A stretch of 63,593 nt of DNA, the filler included, from Octopus bimaculoides (taxonomy: Eukaryota): the NCBI RefSeq assembly GCF_001194135.2. It is 6 parts of 6 records of this genome, joined end to end, with 100 filler letters (N's around TTAATTAATTAA, not from the genome) between each part and the next. Parts side by side here need not be neighbours in the genome. Positions count along the whole stretch, not along the records: positions 46,905 to 55,288 come from NC_068983.1; positions 55,389 to 60,637 come from NC_068992.1; positions 60,738 to 63,593 come from NC_068984.1; 3 more parts are not named here. One strand, written 5' to 3'. Shown piece by piece: positions 51,660 through 63,593 of the stretch (within the stretch, counting starts at the first letter, position 1; every line of letters starts with the position of its first letter). The notes under the pieces were generated by a model. It saw nothing but the letters and a program-made list of their open reading frames with translations. It did not search any database and was not told where the DNA came from. A program made the translations under genes and the position numbers.

Positions 51660-51995
51660 AATTTGTTTCATAACCATGAAGTTTCAAGCTTCAGGTCCAG
51701 AACCACTGTGTAGCATAGAGTGTCTTCTACTATAGCCACAGGCTGAGTAATTTCTTGCAAGTGAACTAGATAGATGAAAATTATGTGAAAATCCATCATA
51801 TGTGTGTGTGTGTCTTTGCATTTGTATTTGTGTCCCTCTCTTTCTTCTGGTTGATAACTTGTGTAGATTTGTTTATGTTCCTGTAATTTAGTGATTTAAC
51901 AAAAATAAGTACAGGAGATGATTTGCTTGAGTAAACCCGACAAGGTGGTGCTTCAGCATGGTTGCAGTCCAGTGACTGAAACAAATGAAAAAAAA
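51660..51995 (+). mobile_element. Old SINE family A copy
   Basis: GAGTGTCTTCTACTATAGCC...GGTGGTGCTTCAGCATGGTTGCAGTCCAGTGACTGAAACAAATGAAAAA. Confidence 0.75.
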
Positions 51996-52809
51996 AATTT
52001 CTTCCTTCCCTACACCATCAGGTCAGCGAACACTGCTTAGTGACTTTCTTCACATGTAATACATTCTTGACATGGAATTTTCATAGGTGAAAACAAAAGA
52101 GGTTTCCTAATACCTTCCTGAAGGCTTCTCTTTAGAGTAAAAAGAAAAAAAAAGATTATGCCAATTTGGTACCTGATAATATTTTTGATAATACATTATC
52201 TAATGTCTCCTTATTTTAAGATAGTAGGGTATAAAGTGGGGGAAATTTGGCTTCTACTTCTATCAAGATGAGAGAGTCTCTAGTGGGTTCATATGATGAT
52301 GGTGCTGTTGGTGATATTTCTTCTATTTTGTGAATTACAATCTGCACCATGCTGGAATACTAACTTGAAGAGTTTTAGTCAATTATATTAATGTCCAATA
52401 TTTGTTTTATTGACATCAAAAGGAAGAAAGACAACATCGACCCAGGTGAGACTTAACACCCACACACATGTACATCTGAAGGAATTCCATACATTTTCTG
52501 CCTTCCAAATTTGACTCACAAGCTGTTGCACAGTTGGATCAAACCTGGAATCATATGGCTGTAAAACAAACTTTTTTATATGGCCGTAAAACATATTGTA
52601 GAGCAGTTGCTTTGCTTAAGCAACTTACTACTTACTTGCAATGCCTTCACATTCTGCCAAGCAAAAGATATATATTTTTTCAGCCTGTCCTAATAACAAT
52701 TAAGTGTTATTACCAGGAATTTATGTGACATAAATAAATTCATATAAATAGACTTCACTAATACAATGGAACTAAGAATAAAATCAATAGCATTAATTTT
52801 ATTATTATG

Positions 52810-53240
52810 AAGGTGGCAAGCTGGCAGAATCGTTAGCATGCAGGGCAAAATGCTCAGAGGCATATCGTTTGTTTAGACATTCTGAGTTCAAATTCTGCCA
52901 AGGTCAAATTTGTCTTTCATCATTTCAAGGTCAATGAAATAAGTACCAGTCAATCACTGGGTTGATTATCCCCTTCCCCAAAATTACTGGTCTTGTGGCA
53001 ATATTTGAAACCATTATCATTATTATTAAGGTGGTGAGCTAGCAGAGTCGTTAGCATGCTGAACAAAATGCTTAGTGGCATTTCTTCCAGCACTATGTTC
53101 TGAGCTCAAATTCTGTCAAGACTGATTTTGTCTTTCATCCTTTCAGAGTCAATAAAATAGTACCAGTTTTGCACTGGGTCAATGTAATCAATTAGTCCCC
53201 TCTCCCAAAATTTTACACCTTGTGCCTATAGTAAAAAGGA
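52810..53240 (+). mobile_element. Two tandem SINE family B copies (52810-53015, 53028-53240), CpG-decayed
   Basis: AAGGTGGCAAGCTGGCAGAATCGTTAGCATG... and AAGGTGGTGAGCTAGCAGAGTCGTTAGCATG..., separated by (TAT)n. Confidence 0.88.
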
Positions 53241-54404
53241 TTAGTAAAGTAGACCTTAGCATCATTTGAACTCAGAATTTAAAGTGTCATAACTGAATGC
53301 AGAAAAGCATTTTGGTGAGTACTATACTGATTCTGCCTATCCATCATCCCATAACATAAATAGTTAATAAATAAATTCTATATAATTGCACAAGAGTTTA
53401 CTTTGTAGTATACGAAAGCAATATAAGACTTTATTTTTTTTTTTTAACTTGTTAAATGGGATTTTAATTGAAGTGTCAATCATGTTATTGAGTTAAGTGT
53501 TCCACTATGTCCAGAATAAAAAAAAATGTTATGTTCAAATCAAAATGTATTATATTGTGAAAACCATACAATATATAACACATAAACCTAATTATAATAG
53601 AATCCAATACAGCTTTTATTCAAAAAGTAAAATCAAGCAATGATATTTAAAAATATAAATTTATACAATACAAAATATTTTATATCTAAGTAGTAAAATT
53701 ACACAGCATTCCACAGAGTATCAGAAAATATTTCTCATCTGGCTCTTAAAAGATGTTGGAGCTGTTACCAAATATGAAAGTTTTAATAATTGTTGTAAAT
53801 TTGCCCTACACTAATGACCAAATATACACCAAAGATGGTAAGAGAGAACATAGATGGTTCAAACTATTGTGAAGCAGAATGAAATCAAACTAAGTCAAAA
53901 TCAAACATCTTTAGTAATTAAAATATTCTCTCCAAATTTTAAAACAAGGCTTGAAATACTCTTATAACATATAAGAAAATAGTGACTAAGAGAGCAATCT
54001 GTTTAGAAAGTTATCTTGAAAGTAAGAAACAGGTCAAGAGAAAGTTTTAGGACCTGTAGATATTACCACTTAATTTACAAGAGCAATTTTAGATAATAAA
54101 TCATAATTAAAATGTTAGTAAGATTTTATAAGATTTATAAGCAATTGTTATACTAAATTAACAATTTTTCTTCATGAAGTTTTGAACCCCATCATAGAAT
54201 TATCAAAATAACAAACACCACCCACTTTACAGTGTAGACTGGATGCTTTTTATGTGGCACATGCACTGGACGTGGGGGGCACCAAGTAATCTGCAAGACA
54301 AAGATCCTTTGGACCGGGGTATTGCAGAAGGTGACCTTGTGCTAGACAATGAGGAGCTTAGAGTGTGACAGAGTAACAGAAACAGTTATCTTGCTGTAGA
54401 AGAG

Positions 54405-54522
54405 ATAGCTGTATGGTTAAAATATTTGCTTCCTAGTCTATTGCATGGTACTATAGTTCTTAGCTGACCAAAGCATTGTGAGTGGATTTGGGAGACGGAA
54501 ATTGAAAGACATATGCATGCAC

Positions 54523-54530
<8 letters not shown>
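54405..54530 (+). mobile_element. SINE family A head fragment
   Basis: GCTGTATGGTTAAAATATTTGCTTCC...TTGTGAGTGGATTTGGGAGACGGAAATTGAAAGA. Confidence 0.7.
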
Positions 54531-54555
<25 letters not shown>

Positions 54556-55388
54556 TACACACATATGCTCACTTTTCTGTTCTTGTTTACACTTTCACCC
54601 TCGGCAAAAATAGCCAAATTTTAATTAATTTGCTTGTGGGAAGGACTGCTCCAACGAAGTCGTGTATTGTCCTTGCCTTTGAAACGCGGAGTAGATGGAA
54701 CAGGGACAACTGAAGAAGGGTAATATTCTTTATGTTGCATGCCTCGTTTCTCTGTTTGTTTTTTTCTTTGTTCGAAAAAAAGTTCATTTTCTATCTTCGT
54801 CTTTATGTTTTTGTTTCTCATTGTGTTTAACATTTTTTGTGATGTCCTGTACCCATATATGCTTGTATGTATACATATAGATGTCAGTATGTACATATAT
54901 GTATGGATATATACATATAATTATATTATTTATGTTACTATATGATCGAATGCCACGCATTGCCTCCAAGTAAGTTTTATCTTATATTTTCTACTGCGCA
55001 TTCTACTACTATTGCTGTCACTTCCCTGTCTTTATCTCTCTCCCTCTCTTGTTCTTCATCCTTTCTGTTTTTCTCTCCCAACCCTCCCCAATTCTTCTCT
55101 TCCTTTCACCGTTACCTCTCTCACTCCTCCTCCTCCTTGACCCCTTGGTCGCTGACACGTGACAAAAGGGATTCTTTCTTTCTATTTCCCGCCTTCTTAT
55201 AGAGACGACGCAAATTTTTTCACTCTCTAACTAGCATTCAAAATAATTTTTCTATCGTCTTGGCCTAACAACCCTTACCGTTTGTTACNNNNNNNNNNNN
55301 NNNNNNNNNNNNNNNNNNNNNNNNNNNNNNNNTTAATTAATTAANNNNNNNNNNNNNNNNNNNNNNNNNNNNNNNNNNNNNNNNNNNN

Positions 55389-55463
<75 letters not shown>

Positions 55464-56303
55464 GACAGACAGACAGACATATAAAGATTGATTGAGAGAC
55501 ACACACACACACCATGACTATATGAGCTTATCCATTCACAGTTCATTTGCAACATGTCTAACCACAGAAGAATAGCTATGTAGGCAGAGATGGAGTAATA
55601 ACAATGATGGGTGGTTTGTGGTGCTAAATATATTTACTCAAATCTTGTGAAAAGCCAGAAACGGAAATATCTTATTATGGAGATGAACGAATATTGACTG
55701 ATTATTGAACCTTCAGAGATGACTATTAATGGAGCCTCAGCCATGTTTGCTGTCATAGTTAAGCATAGTTTGTGCTCTCAACTAAATTCTTTTGCATTTT
55801 TCTCCCTCTTTAACTCTGAAACCTGTTCTTTCTCTTATTTGTAAAATAGAGCTTTGGTTTCTATGTCCGTCCAGCAACTCTCATCCTTGACTTTTTGCAC
55901 TCTCTAGAGGCTTTATATATATATAGTAACTCAGAGTTTCCTACATAACTTCTTCCATGAACAAAAGCCTTCCTGAAACACCATTCAACAGGTATCAAAA
56001 GGTAGAAATTACAACATTGTAAAGAATCAAACAGAAAATTTCTGCTACACCATCATAACAAAACTCTTTCCTATTCTGTCCATGTTACTGCTGCAACATC
56101 ATCCTCACAACACTATCTTTCCCATTCACTCCACAACACAACTTTAACCTAACATCACTTTCCTTTCATTCACTCTACAATACTATTGCAATACTATCGT
56201 AACTTTGTCTCACCCACTCATTCCATTTAAATACAAAAGCATACACAGGCACATACAAACAGCAGCAGTATCAATTATAATCTTCCTGTCATGAAGCACT
56301 GAC

Positions 56304-56356
56304 CTTGGATAAGCGCAGAGGAACAACGGCTGTTGTGATGTGGCCACCAATAGAAT
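56304..56356 (-). CDS. Candidate 53-nt internal exon
   Basis: Minus strand: T-rich tract ...TTCTTTGGTACCCTTAG|ATTCTATTGG...TATCCAAG|GTCAGT. All three frames are open and two CpGs are retained in a CpG-poor block. Confidence 0.35.
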
Positions 56357-58549
56357 CTAAGGGTACCAAAGAACCAACAACAAAGTGGAAGAAAACATAC
56401 CCTAAACAAGAAACAGGTGTTAACTTGAAATGCAAAATGTGGTCTTCAATGGTGTAAGTACATCTTGTATGTGATGTGAATCTTAAAAACTATACCCAGA
56501 CTCAGAAATTACCAAGGTGACTAACCACCACCATCACCAACAAAAACAACAACATCAAATCTGAAACACAACATACTCATTATATGTCATATCTCTGCTC
56601 AGTTAAGGATGATCAAAACAACAAAGCCACTCATAACGTCAAATCTAAAATACAACTTACTTATATGTCACAGTTACACTCACTCAAAGATGATCAAGGC
56701 AACAAATATAAATTCTGTGATAGCTGCAACCGCAACAACAACATGAACGATAATAAGGTTTGGAATGTGAACGAGTGAGTAAAGAAAACCAAATATATAA
56801 CTCCTACGCATGTATAAATTAAAAACAAATTTAAGAACAATTTAGAATAGCTTGTCAAAATTTGTGAATATTTCCATACATGCAATAAAGACAGCCACCA
56901 CACCTGTATCATTAGATAATGTCCTGACTCGTATGTGGATTCATATAAATATGCACAAGCTTCAATGTCGTTGATTATAGCTATGAGTGACATTTGTTAA
57001 TCTCATAAACTAATCATATTTATAGACAGACAAGTGTAAACTTGCACATGAACAGAAAAATCAGTGTGTGTATGTAAACATATCATAAATACAAGTGTAC
57101 ATCGATATATAAAGATAAATTTTAACTGGTAACTATGATGTGTATGTGGGGAGACTATATGAAGCTCAGAGAATATGAGTTTGATGTAGTCATGTACTAA
57201 TGGATGGGTTTGAGTAGTTACTTACATCTGACTGGTACTAGTACCTAATCTACCCTGGCCGTGTGTATATTATAAAATGATGAAGGGGAGCATTGACTTA
57301 TAGTGATGGTAGGAGGAGCGTTAAAAAATGTTAGTAAGAGAAAAAGGGTGATAGTTAAAAATGTTTGAGAAGTACGAGATTAGATTCTACACTTTTCATG
57401 ACTCACTAAATTCTTCTACAAATTCTCTATAATTTTCCATTTAAGAACATTGCATGGCTTAACTCATTGCCTCACCAATGCATACACTGCACCTCGTAAT
57501 ATCACTTGTTATCATATTTCTGTTGAAATACACTGTTTTTCTTTCAATCACTTTCAAAATTAATGCAAAATAGAATACGATAAATTTATCGTTGTTAAAC
57601 TCGGGTTTGAAACATAGATTAACATGAAATTTTGATCGGGAGTTTTTATTTAGATCGCTTTAAAACAGGAAGCGTGTACTAAAGAAGTAAGGGCAAACTT
57701 AGAGGGTTGGTATCAAAATGGTAAAATGATGTTTTGGTGCAGCTGATCATTGAGAAATGATTAAGTTTTGGCTTTCGTAACACAATAAAATGGCACCTGA
57801 ATGGAATGGCAGCCATTTCATTGATTGTGATCAGTACCTTATCAATGAAGTTGTCTGTTGCTGTCAAACCTATTTTGATAATTTCTTGCATTTTAAAGAA
57901 GTTTTTAGAATTTTAAAAAAAGAGACAAAAGCAAAGCTATACTCTCCTTCTGCACAAATAAATAAACTGATGGATTCTAACTAGTAAGGACAATAAATAA
58001 AAGAAAGAATAAAATAAGAAAAAATTCTCTCAATTTTGAAAGTAAATTGAGATTTTATTGGATTCTTTAAGCTGAAAGGAATGGTTGAGATAAACTGGAA
58101 TTTGATAACAGTTTGGAATTACAATACACTAGAATCAACAACAAACTTTTTATCTTCATCATCATCCTCATCATCTGCAGCATCACCACCACTATCAGCA
58201 CAACCACACCATCATTACTGTCATCATCATTATCGTTATCCCGACCATCTTAATCACACACTCGACATTGTAACAATCATCATCACAGCTATTGTCATCA
58301 TTGTTGTCATCATCCTTATCCTGTGCTATCACTGCCATTACCAACACCATTGTAACCGCCACCATGATCATTGTCATTTTCACCATTGTCCGCATCATCA
58401 TCCTTATTATTATTATTATCATTATTATTATTATTATTATTATTAGTTTAAGAAAATGAGTACATGGGTACTCACTCAAGAGCAACCTGATCTATCTTGT
58501 CATACACAAACAGAAAAGGCTCCTTCGTTAATTAAAAATACATACTAAC

Positions 58550-58565
58550 CTGAACCCCAACAGCA
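58550..58565 (-). CDS. Candidate 16-nt microexon
   Basis: GTTTCTCTCTGATTATTTTAG|TGCTGTTGGGGTTCAG|GTTAGT. Confidence 0.25.
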
Positions 58566-59084
58566 CTAAAATAATCAGAGAGAAACAAATACATCTTCAT
58601 TATCATTTACTGTCGATTATTATCATTACTATCATTATTATTGTTGTTGTTACCATTGTTGTTTTTGCTTCTATGTATGTGTCTGTGTGAGTGTCTCTAT
58701 AGGGTTGTTATAAATTAATGCTGAAAAGTGAGTTATTGTTGTGATAACATTAAGAAAGTTCTTGATTTCCTTTGAGAGTTTTTGCTTTGGATACATGAGA
58801 AAAAAATTGATGAAACAATGAACATCTCAGTGAGATCAGACAGAATCATCCATTTCATGCGAAGTTTTGCATTTTGTTGCAATAGAGAAGATGAGTGATT
58901 TTTTTTTCCATCAATCTTTCAGGATGAGAAACTAGTCTATTGTAAAACTGATAGATCTTACTCTACGAAGATCTAGGGAGTTCTTCTTTGATTATATAGT
59001 AACAGTTGAATTAAAGAGGAATATCACTGGGGTTTTGTACCTTCAGTGGTTAGATCAAGGCCTTGCAGTGTTAAGTGTCCTAGA

Positions 59085-59517
59085 AACTGTTATCTCTAAA
59101 CAGGACAGGGACTGCTGCTTAAAGAGCCAATCTCTAATTGTTGAGGGAAATTGTGGAAGAGGTGAACCCAGGAAAACATGGGCCGAGATGGTGAAATATG
59201 ATTTTCAGTTGTTGAGTCTTACAGAGGTGATGACAAGTGACTGAGACTGGCAATTTGCTGTGCTTGAGAAGACATATTAAGCTAAGTGAAACCATAGTCA
59301 TAGCCAGTGACACATAAAGAGCACTTGTGCTGGTGTCAGGCACTCAGTACACTTTATAGAGTGGTTGGTGTTAGAAAGGGCATCCAGCCATAGAAACCAA
59401 ACCAAAACAGACTTGAGCCTGGTGCAGCTCTTTGGTTTACCAGCTCCAGTCAAACCGTCTAAGACATGTGAGCATGGAAAATGGACATTAGATGGTGATG
59501 ATGATGATGATGATGAT
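59085..59517 (+). mobile_element. RTE-clade LINE 3' end with 3' UTR and (GAT)n tail
   Basis: VEGNCGRGEPRKTWAEMVKYD...LTEVMTSD*DW, then TTGGTGTTAGAAAGGGCATCCAGCCATAGAAAC and (GAT)n. Confidence 0.8.
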
Positions 59518-60737
59518 TAGAATCCTGTGAAATTAAGGGGTTTTTATAGTTAATCATTTTATAAATCACAGAAGCATGCTGAAAGATTGCTTAAAAACTC
59601 CTGGAGTATGAAGCAGAAGTGAAACAACATCCACCTGGAGAATTGCATACATATAGGGGAGAGAGTTATACACACACACACATACACAAACACATACAAA
59701 TACATACACACATCCATATATAAAAATACATGCAGGTGATGATAGTGCAAACATTGTGGGTTCACGCCCCATACTAGCCACTAATATTCCTGTAACTGAG
59801 TATTTCTTGTGATCATAATATCTTGGCAACAGAATTTGACAAGCTGAGACAATATTAAGACTTGCAAGACAAAAGCACTCGCAAGACAAAAAAACAACAA
59901 AAAATTTCAAGTGGGGGTTGGCATTGGAGAAGGTGATCTTGTGTCAGATAATGAAAGGTTATAGTGAGACAGACAGACAGAAACAGGTGTCTAGAGCGAG
60001 ATATAGATGATGGCAAGCACCAGGGCATACACTTCAGGTTTGAAACACCATAAGTGGCAGGATATTGCGAAGAAAGTGTGATTATAAACCCACAGAATGG
60101 CTACACACAACCTGTGCGACTAAGCCAAACATATTGACCTATGAGCAGTAAGAATAAAGACTAAAAGTGATTGAGACAACAGTTTAGTCTCCACTAATAC
60201 AAGATGGAAGGGGATCTGTGAAACACCAATGAGAATAATCCTGCTTAATCAAGACTAATCTGGAATTAAAAAAACAATGTTGAGATGATCTCGGGTGACA
60301 TCAACATTTGACACTGCACTTTAGATCAAACAACACATGTGGAAAAGATTACTTTTGTTGCTTCATTTCTATAAATTATATTATATTATATTTGTCTCTC
60401 ACAACTCTCCAGTGGATGTTTATATGGATTCTCTGTGAAAATAATAATTAATCTGCAATGGTGGCATGGTATCATGGCAGCATGACAGCACATCTTCTAA
60501 AATTGGAATCACACAATACAACATTAATATGTATTGAAGAATTTATAATTAATATATTTATATTTAAACACACACACACTCACACACACACACACACACA
60601 CACACGTGTGCATACACACGCAAATGTGTATATATATNNNNNNNNNNNNNNNNNNNNNNNNNNNNNNNNNNNNNNNNNNNNTTAATTAATTAANNNNNNN
60701 NNNNNNNNNNNNNNNNNNNNNNNNNNNNNNNNNNNNN

Positions 60738-60860
60738 TTATCAATGAAGGTAGCCACAATTGGCCTAGACACCTATCTGAAAAACTCTGAGGACTGGATG
60801 CTAAAACTTGTCTTAAAACATGAAAGCAAGAAAGCATCAAATTCAAGGCTAAAAATGAGT
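60738..60860 (+). pseudogene. Small R4/Dong-like post-RT fragment
   Basis: LSMKVATIGLDTYLKNSEDWMLKLVLKHE. Confidence 0.5.
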
Positions 60861-61035
60861 TCACGATTCATCAGCTAAAACCGCATGATTGTATGGGAAG
60901 TGCCGCCGAGAAACACTCACAGGAAGACTTATCACCTTCATACATGATCTACGATCTGTATATTGTTAAAAATTAAATGAACAAAAAATAATAAACCGAA
61001 AGTTTGCCCGAAACCCACAAGCTATATATCACAGT

Positions 61036-63540
61036 ATGAAAAGCTATACCATCAAGACAGTAAATGCTCTCCCACAGGAAGACCAAGAGTCATTCTGGTG
61101 GGGAATTTGGAGTGTAAACAAAGAATATAACCGCAATTCAGCATGGTTAAACGGCATACGAAGTGAGTACTGTGTAAAGGCCTCTCCCAAAACATATAAC
61201 ATCACCAGTGAATCATCCCTGACGGTTATTATGAAATTGCCAAATGGAAAATCATCTGGAAGAGACATATCTACTGGGGAATTCTCACGAACCTGTTTAA
61301 AAAACAATGGACGCTGAGCTAGATATACCAGATAGGCTGACGGTTGCACGGACTACTCTTATTCCCAGGAACAAAGAGACCCATGTGGCCAAGACCTACA
61401 GGCCACTTGCAGGCCTGAAGAGTTTGTACAAACTCTACACACGTCGTCTGAATATGTTTCTCCAAGATCACTTCCAAACAAATATTTTGACAAGCGATGA
61501 ACATAGGAGGAAAGAAAGGAGTCCCGGGCTGTACTGGGCAGTTCCTCCACCGTAAATCTGTCCTTCTGGAAGCCTAACAACATTGTCAAGATCTAGTGAT
61601 ATGACTAGATAAGAAGTCGTTCGACTCTGTGCCTCACGCATGGGTGATAAAATCACTGTATCTTGCCAAAGTACCAGCTACCATAGTGAATGCCATTGAA
61701 AGGCTAACTACAACATGACCCACACAGTTATCACTGATAAATACTAAGCAACACCTATTGTTAAAAACAGAATTAAGCTATTAACAGGCATATTCCAGGG
61801 TGATAGTTTATCTGTAATGCTATTTGTATTGACAGTGAATCTCTTGTCAGCCCTATTAATAAAATGCCAAGACCACGTGCTAGGATATGCAGAAAAGAAT
61901 AAAATCAATGTCACCCACACATTATTTGTGGACGATCTAAAGTTATATTCTGGTAATATGACCAACTTCAAGGAACAATTAGAACTAATCACAGGAATGG
62001 AGTTTGGGAAAGATAAATGTTCACACATGATAATCAACCGAGCAAAGATGGCGACCAGCTTGTCCATCTCCCCTATCTCTCATGATGAAAGCTACAACTA
62101 CCTCGGAATCAATGAGGATGTTGCATACACGGTGCTGTGACTAAAGTCAGAACAACAAAAGAGTACTTCTGTAGATTCCGGAAAATATGGAACACAGGGC
62201 TGTCTGCATTTAACAAGACCATATCTCACAATGCATTTTCAGGATCAGTGCTAGTACCAACATTTAGGATATTAGAATGGACTCTCGATGAGATCCGCAG
62301 TAAGTCACCACTGGCAAATTCCACATTGACGGTGATACCGATAGGATTTATGTGAGACGAAGTGATGGCTTGTTGAGGCATAAGATCAGTCCAAACAGCC
62401 TTTGAATGTCGCATTGTATCACTCAAACAACGCCTGGTGAGCAGTAAAGAAAGAAATGAGTACAGTTCATGCATACTCAAAAGTGAGAACATCTTCAGAG
62501 TTGGAGAAGAACTATTGTGCAGCTACTCTGAAAATACAACTGTCTTATGCGACCAAATAAGGCTGGACTGGACAACCTAAACAGATGCTTGGAGGAGAAG
62601 CAGGCATCATACCAGCAAAAAGCAACGCATGGTTACAGATCCTGTAAAACAGGGCAACAACAGCATTGACTTAAAGATAGATACATTACATCCCATAGAT
62701 ACATTACCTGTGATAGATGCATTGCATCCCATCGAGAATGTGCCTTCGTTATCCAGGAACAGGAGATGGTTACTAAATACCTGGTAAACAAGAGGAACAA
62801 AAATATCATCAAACCTCCACGTTGTGATGAAAAAAATGCCGGCTCTGCTATACCAGTGTGGAAGATATTACGCACATCATCAGCAGCTGACACCTAATGT
62901 CTACGAGATACTTCCTTCCCCCAAAGGCATGATATCGCAACGACTATTTACAATGCTATCCGAAGGAAGGACTGCCCTTAAGTGTACATCAAAAGCATGT
63001 CAGAACCAGCAGGTATTCACACCTTTAAAAACAAATACTGGTGGAACACCCTGATAAAAACATCAGTTCGGTGCAAGCATTCCAGATCTGATATTGTTCT
63101 GTGGGACAGGGAACAAAAGTCATGCACTATTGTAGAGGTTAGCTGCCCAGCGTTTATGAATGTACAATCAAAAGTCCAGAAAAATTATGGCGAATTAACG
63201 CGGAACTTCTAACTCTTGTATCCTGATTATAAATTTTCATTTGTACCTATCACGATAGGTGCATTAGGTTATGTACCAAGAAATTTGCACAAAATCTTAG
63301 AAATACTCGGTTTCACGGAAAAAGAGCAAACGCAACTGATGCAGATTAGTGACACAGTGAAGACATTCTCAAAATTTTCCATCTGAGATTCTTATGTGAA
63401 CAGTTCCACTAACACACCAAATCAATCACATATTTAAAAAGAAACATTGCAGTCTCTCTTAAATGAAAAAGTCCTGCCGCTTTGTTAGCGACCGACTTGA
63501 ACTCTCTCACGAAGAACTTAAATAAAACTCAAAGAAAAAT
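61036..63540 (+). mobile_element. R4/Dong-like non-LTR retrotransposon (RT, CCHC, RLE, 3' UTR), degenerate
   Basis: FWWGIWS...RTTLIPRN...YRPLA...KKSFDSVPHAW...GIFQGDSLS..LF...HTLFVDDLKLY...YNYLG...VEDITHI...HD...SDIVLWD...IVEVSCP...VPITIGALG. The 3' end abuts (CA)n at 63541. Confidence 0.9.
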
Positions 63541-63554
63541 CACACACACACACA

Positions 63555-63586
<32 letters not shown>

Positions 63587-63593
63587 TACGTAT

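Noticed and set aside
58081-58485. His/Ile/Tyr-rich 121-aa and Met/Ile-rich 96-aa ORFs
   Set aside because: They are degenerate (CAT)/(CAC)/(TAT) trinucleotide low-complexity sequence with no splice or domain support.

Overview
AT-rich eukaryotic draft-genome window, most likely cephalopod (Octopus-like). That assignment is my inference from the tRNA-derived SINE families and microsatellite density, not a database result. The window is six segments joined by identical 100-nt spacers (44 N + TTAATTAATTAA + 44 N), so adjacency across spacers is artificial. No complete protein-coding gene is visible. Almost all recognisable sequence is decayed mobile DNA: L1/Tx1, CR1, RTE, R4/Dong-like and Hero-like LINEs; Penelope-like (PLE) fragments; three SINE families (called A, B, C here); a 3.8-kb Gypsy provirus with both LTRs and TSD; a Tc1 element with DD36E spacing; a Merlin-derived composite; and Helitron ends with a Pif1 helicase ORF. 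The most notable signals are: (1) several hammerhead-ribozyme-like folds in PLE-type repeats, including a repeated non-canonical CUGU(U/G)GA core; (2) the DD36E Tc1 family; (3) a Merlin unit bounded by two right ends and an 8-bp TSD; (4) a sharp regional difference in CpG decay among copies of the same SINE, suggesting a methylated gene-body domain from about 38 to 60 kb; and (5) a few short candidate exons in that domain.
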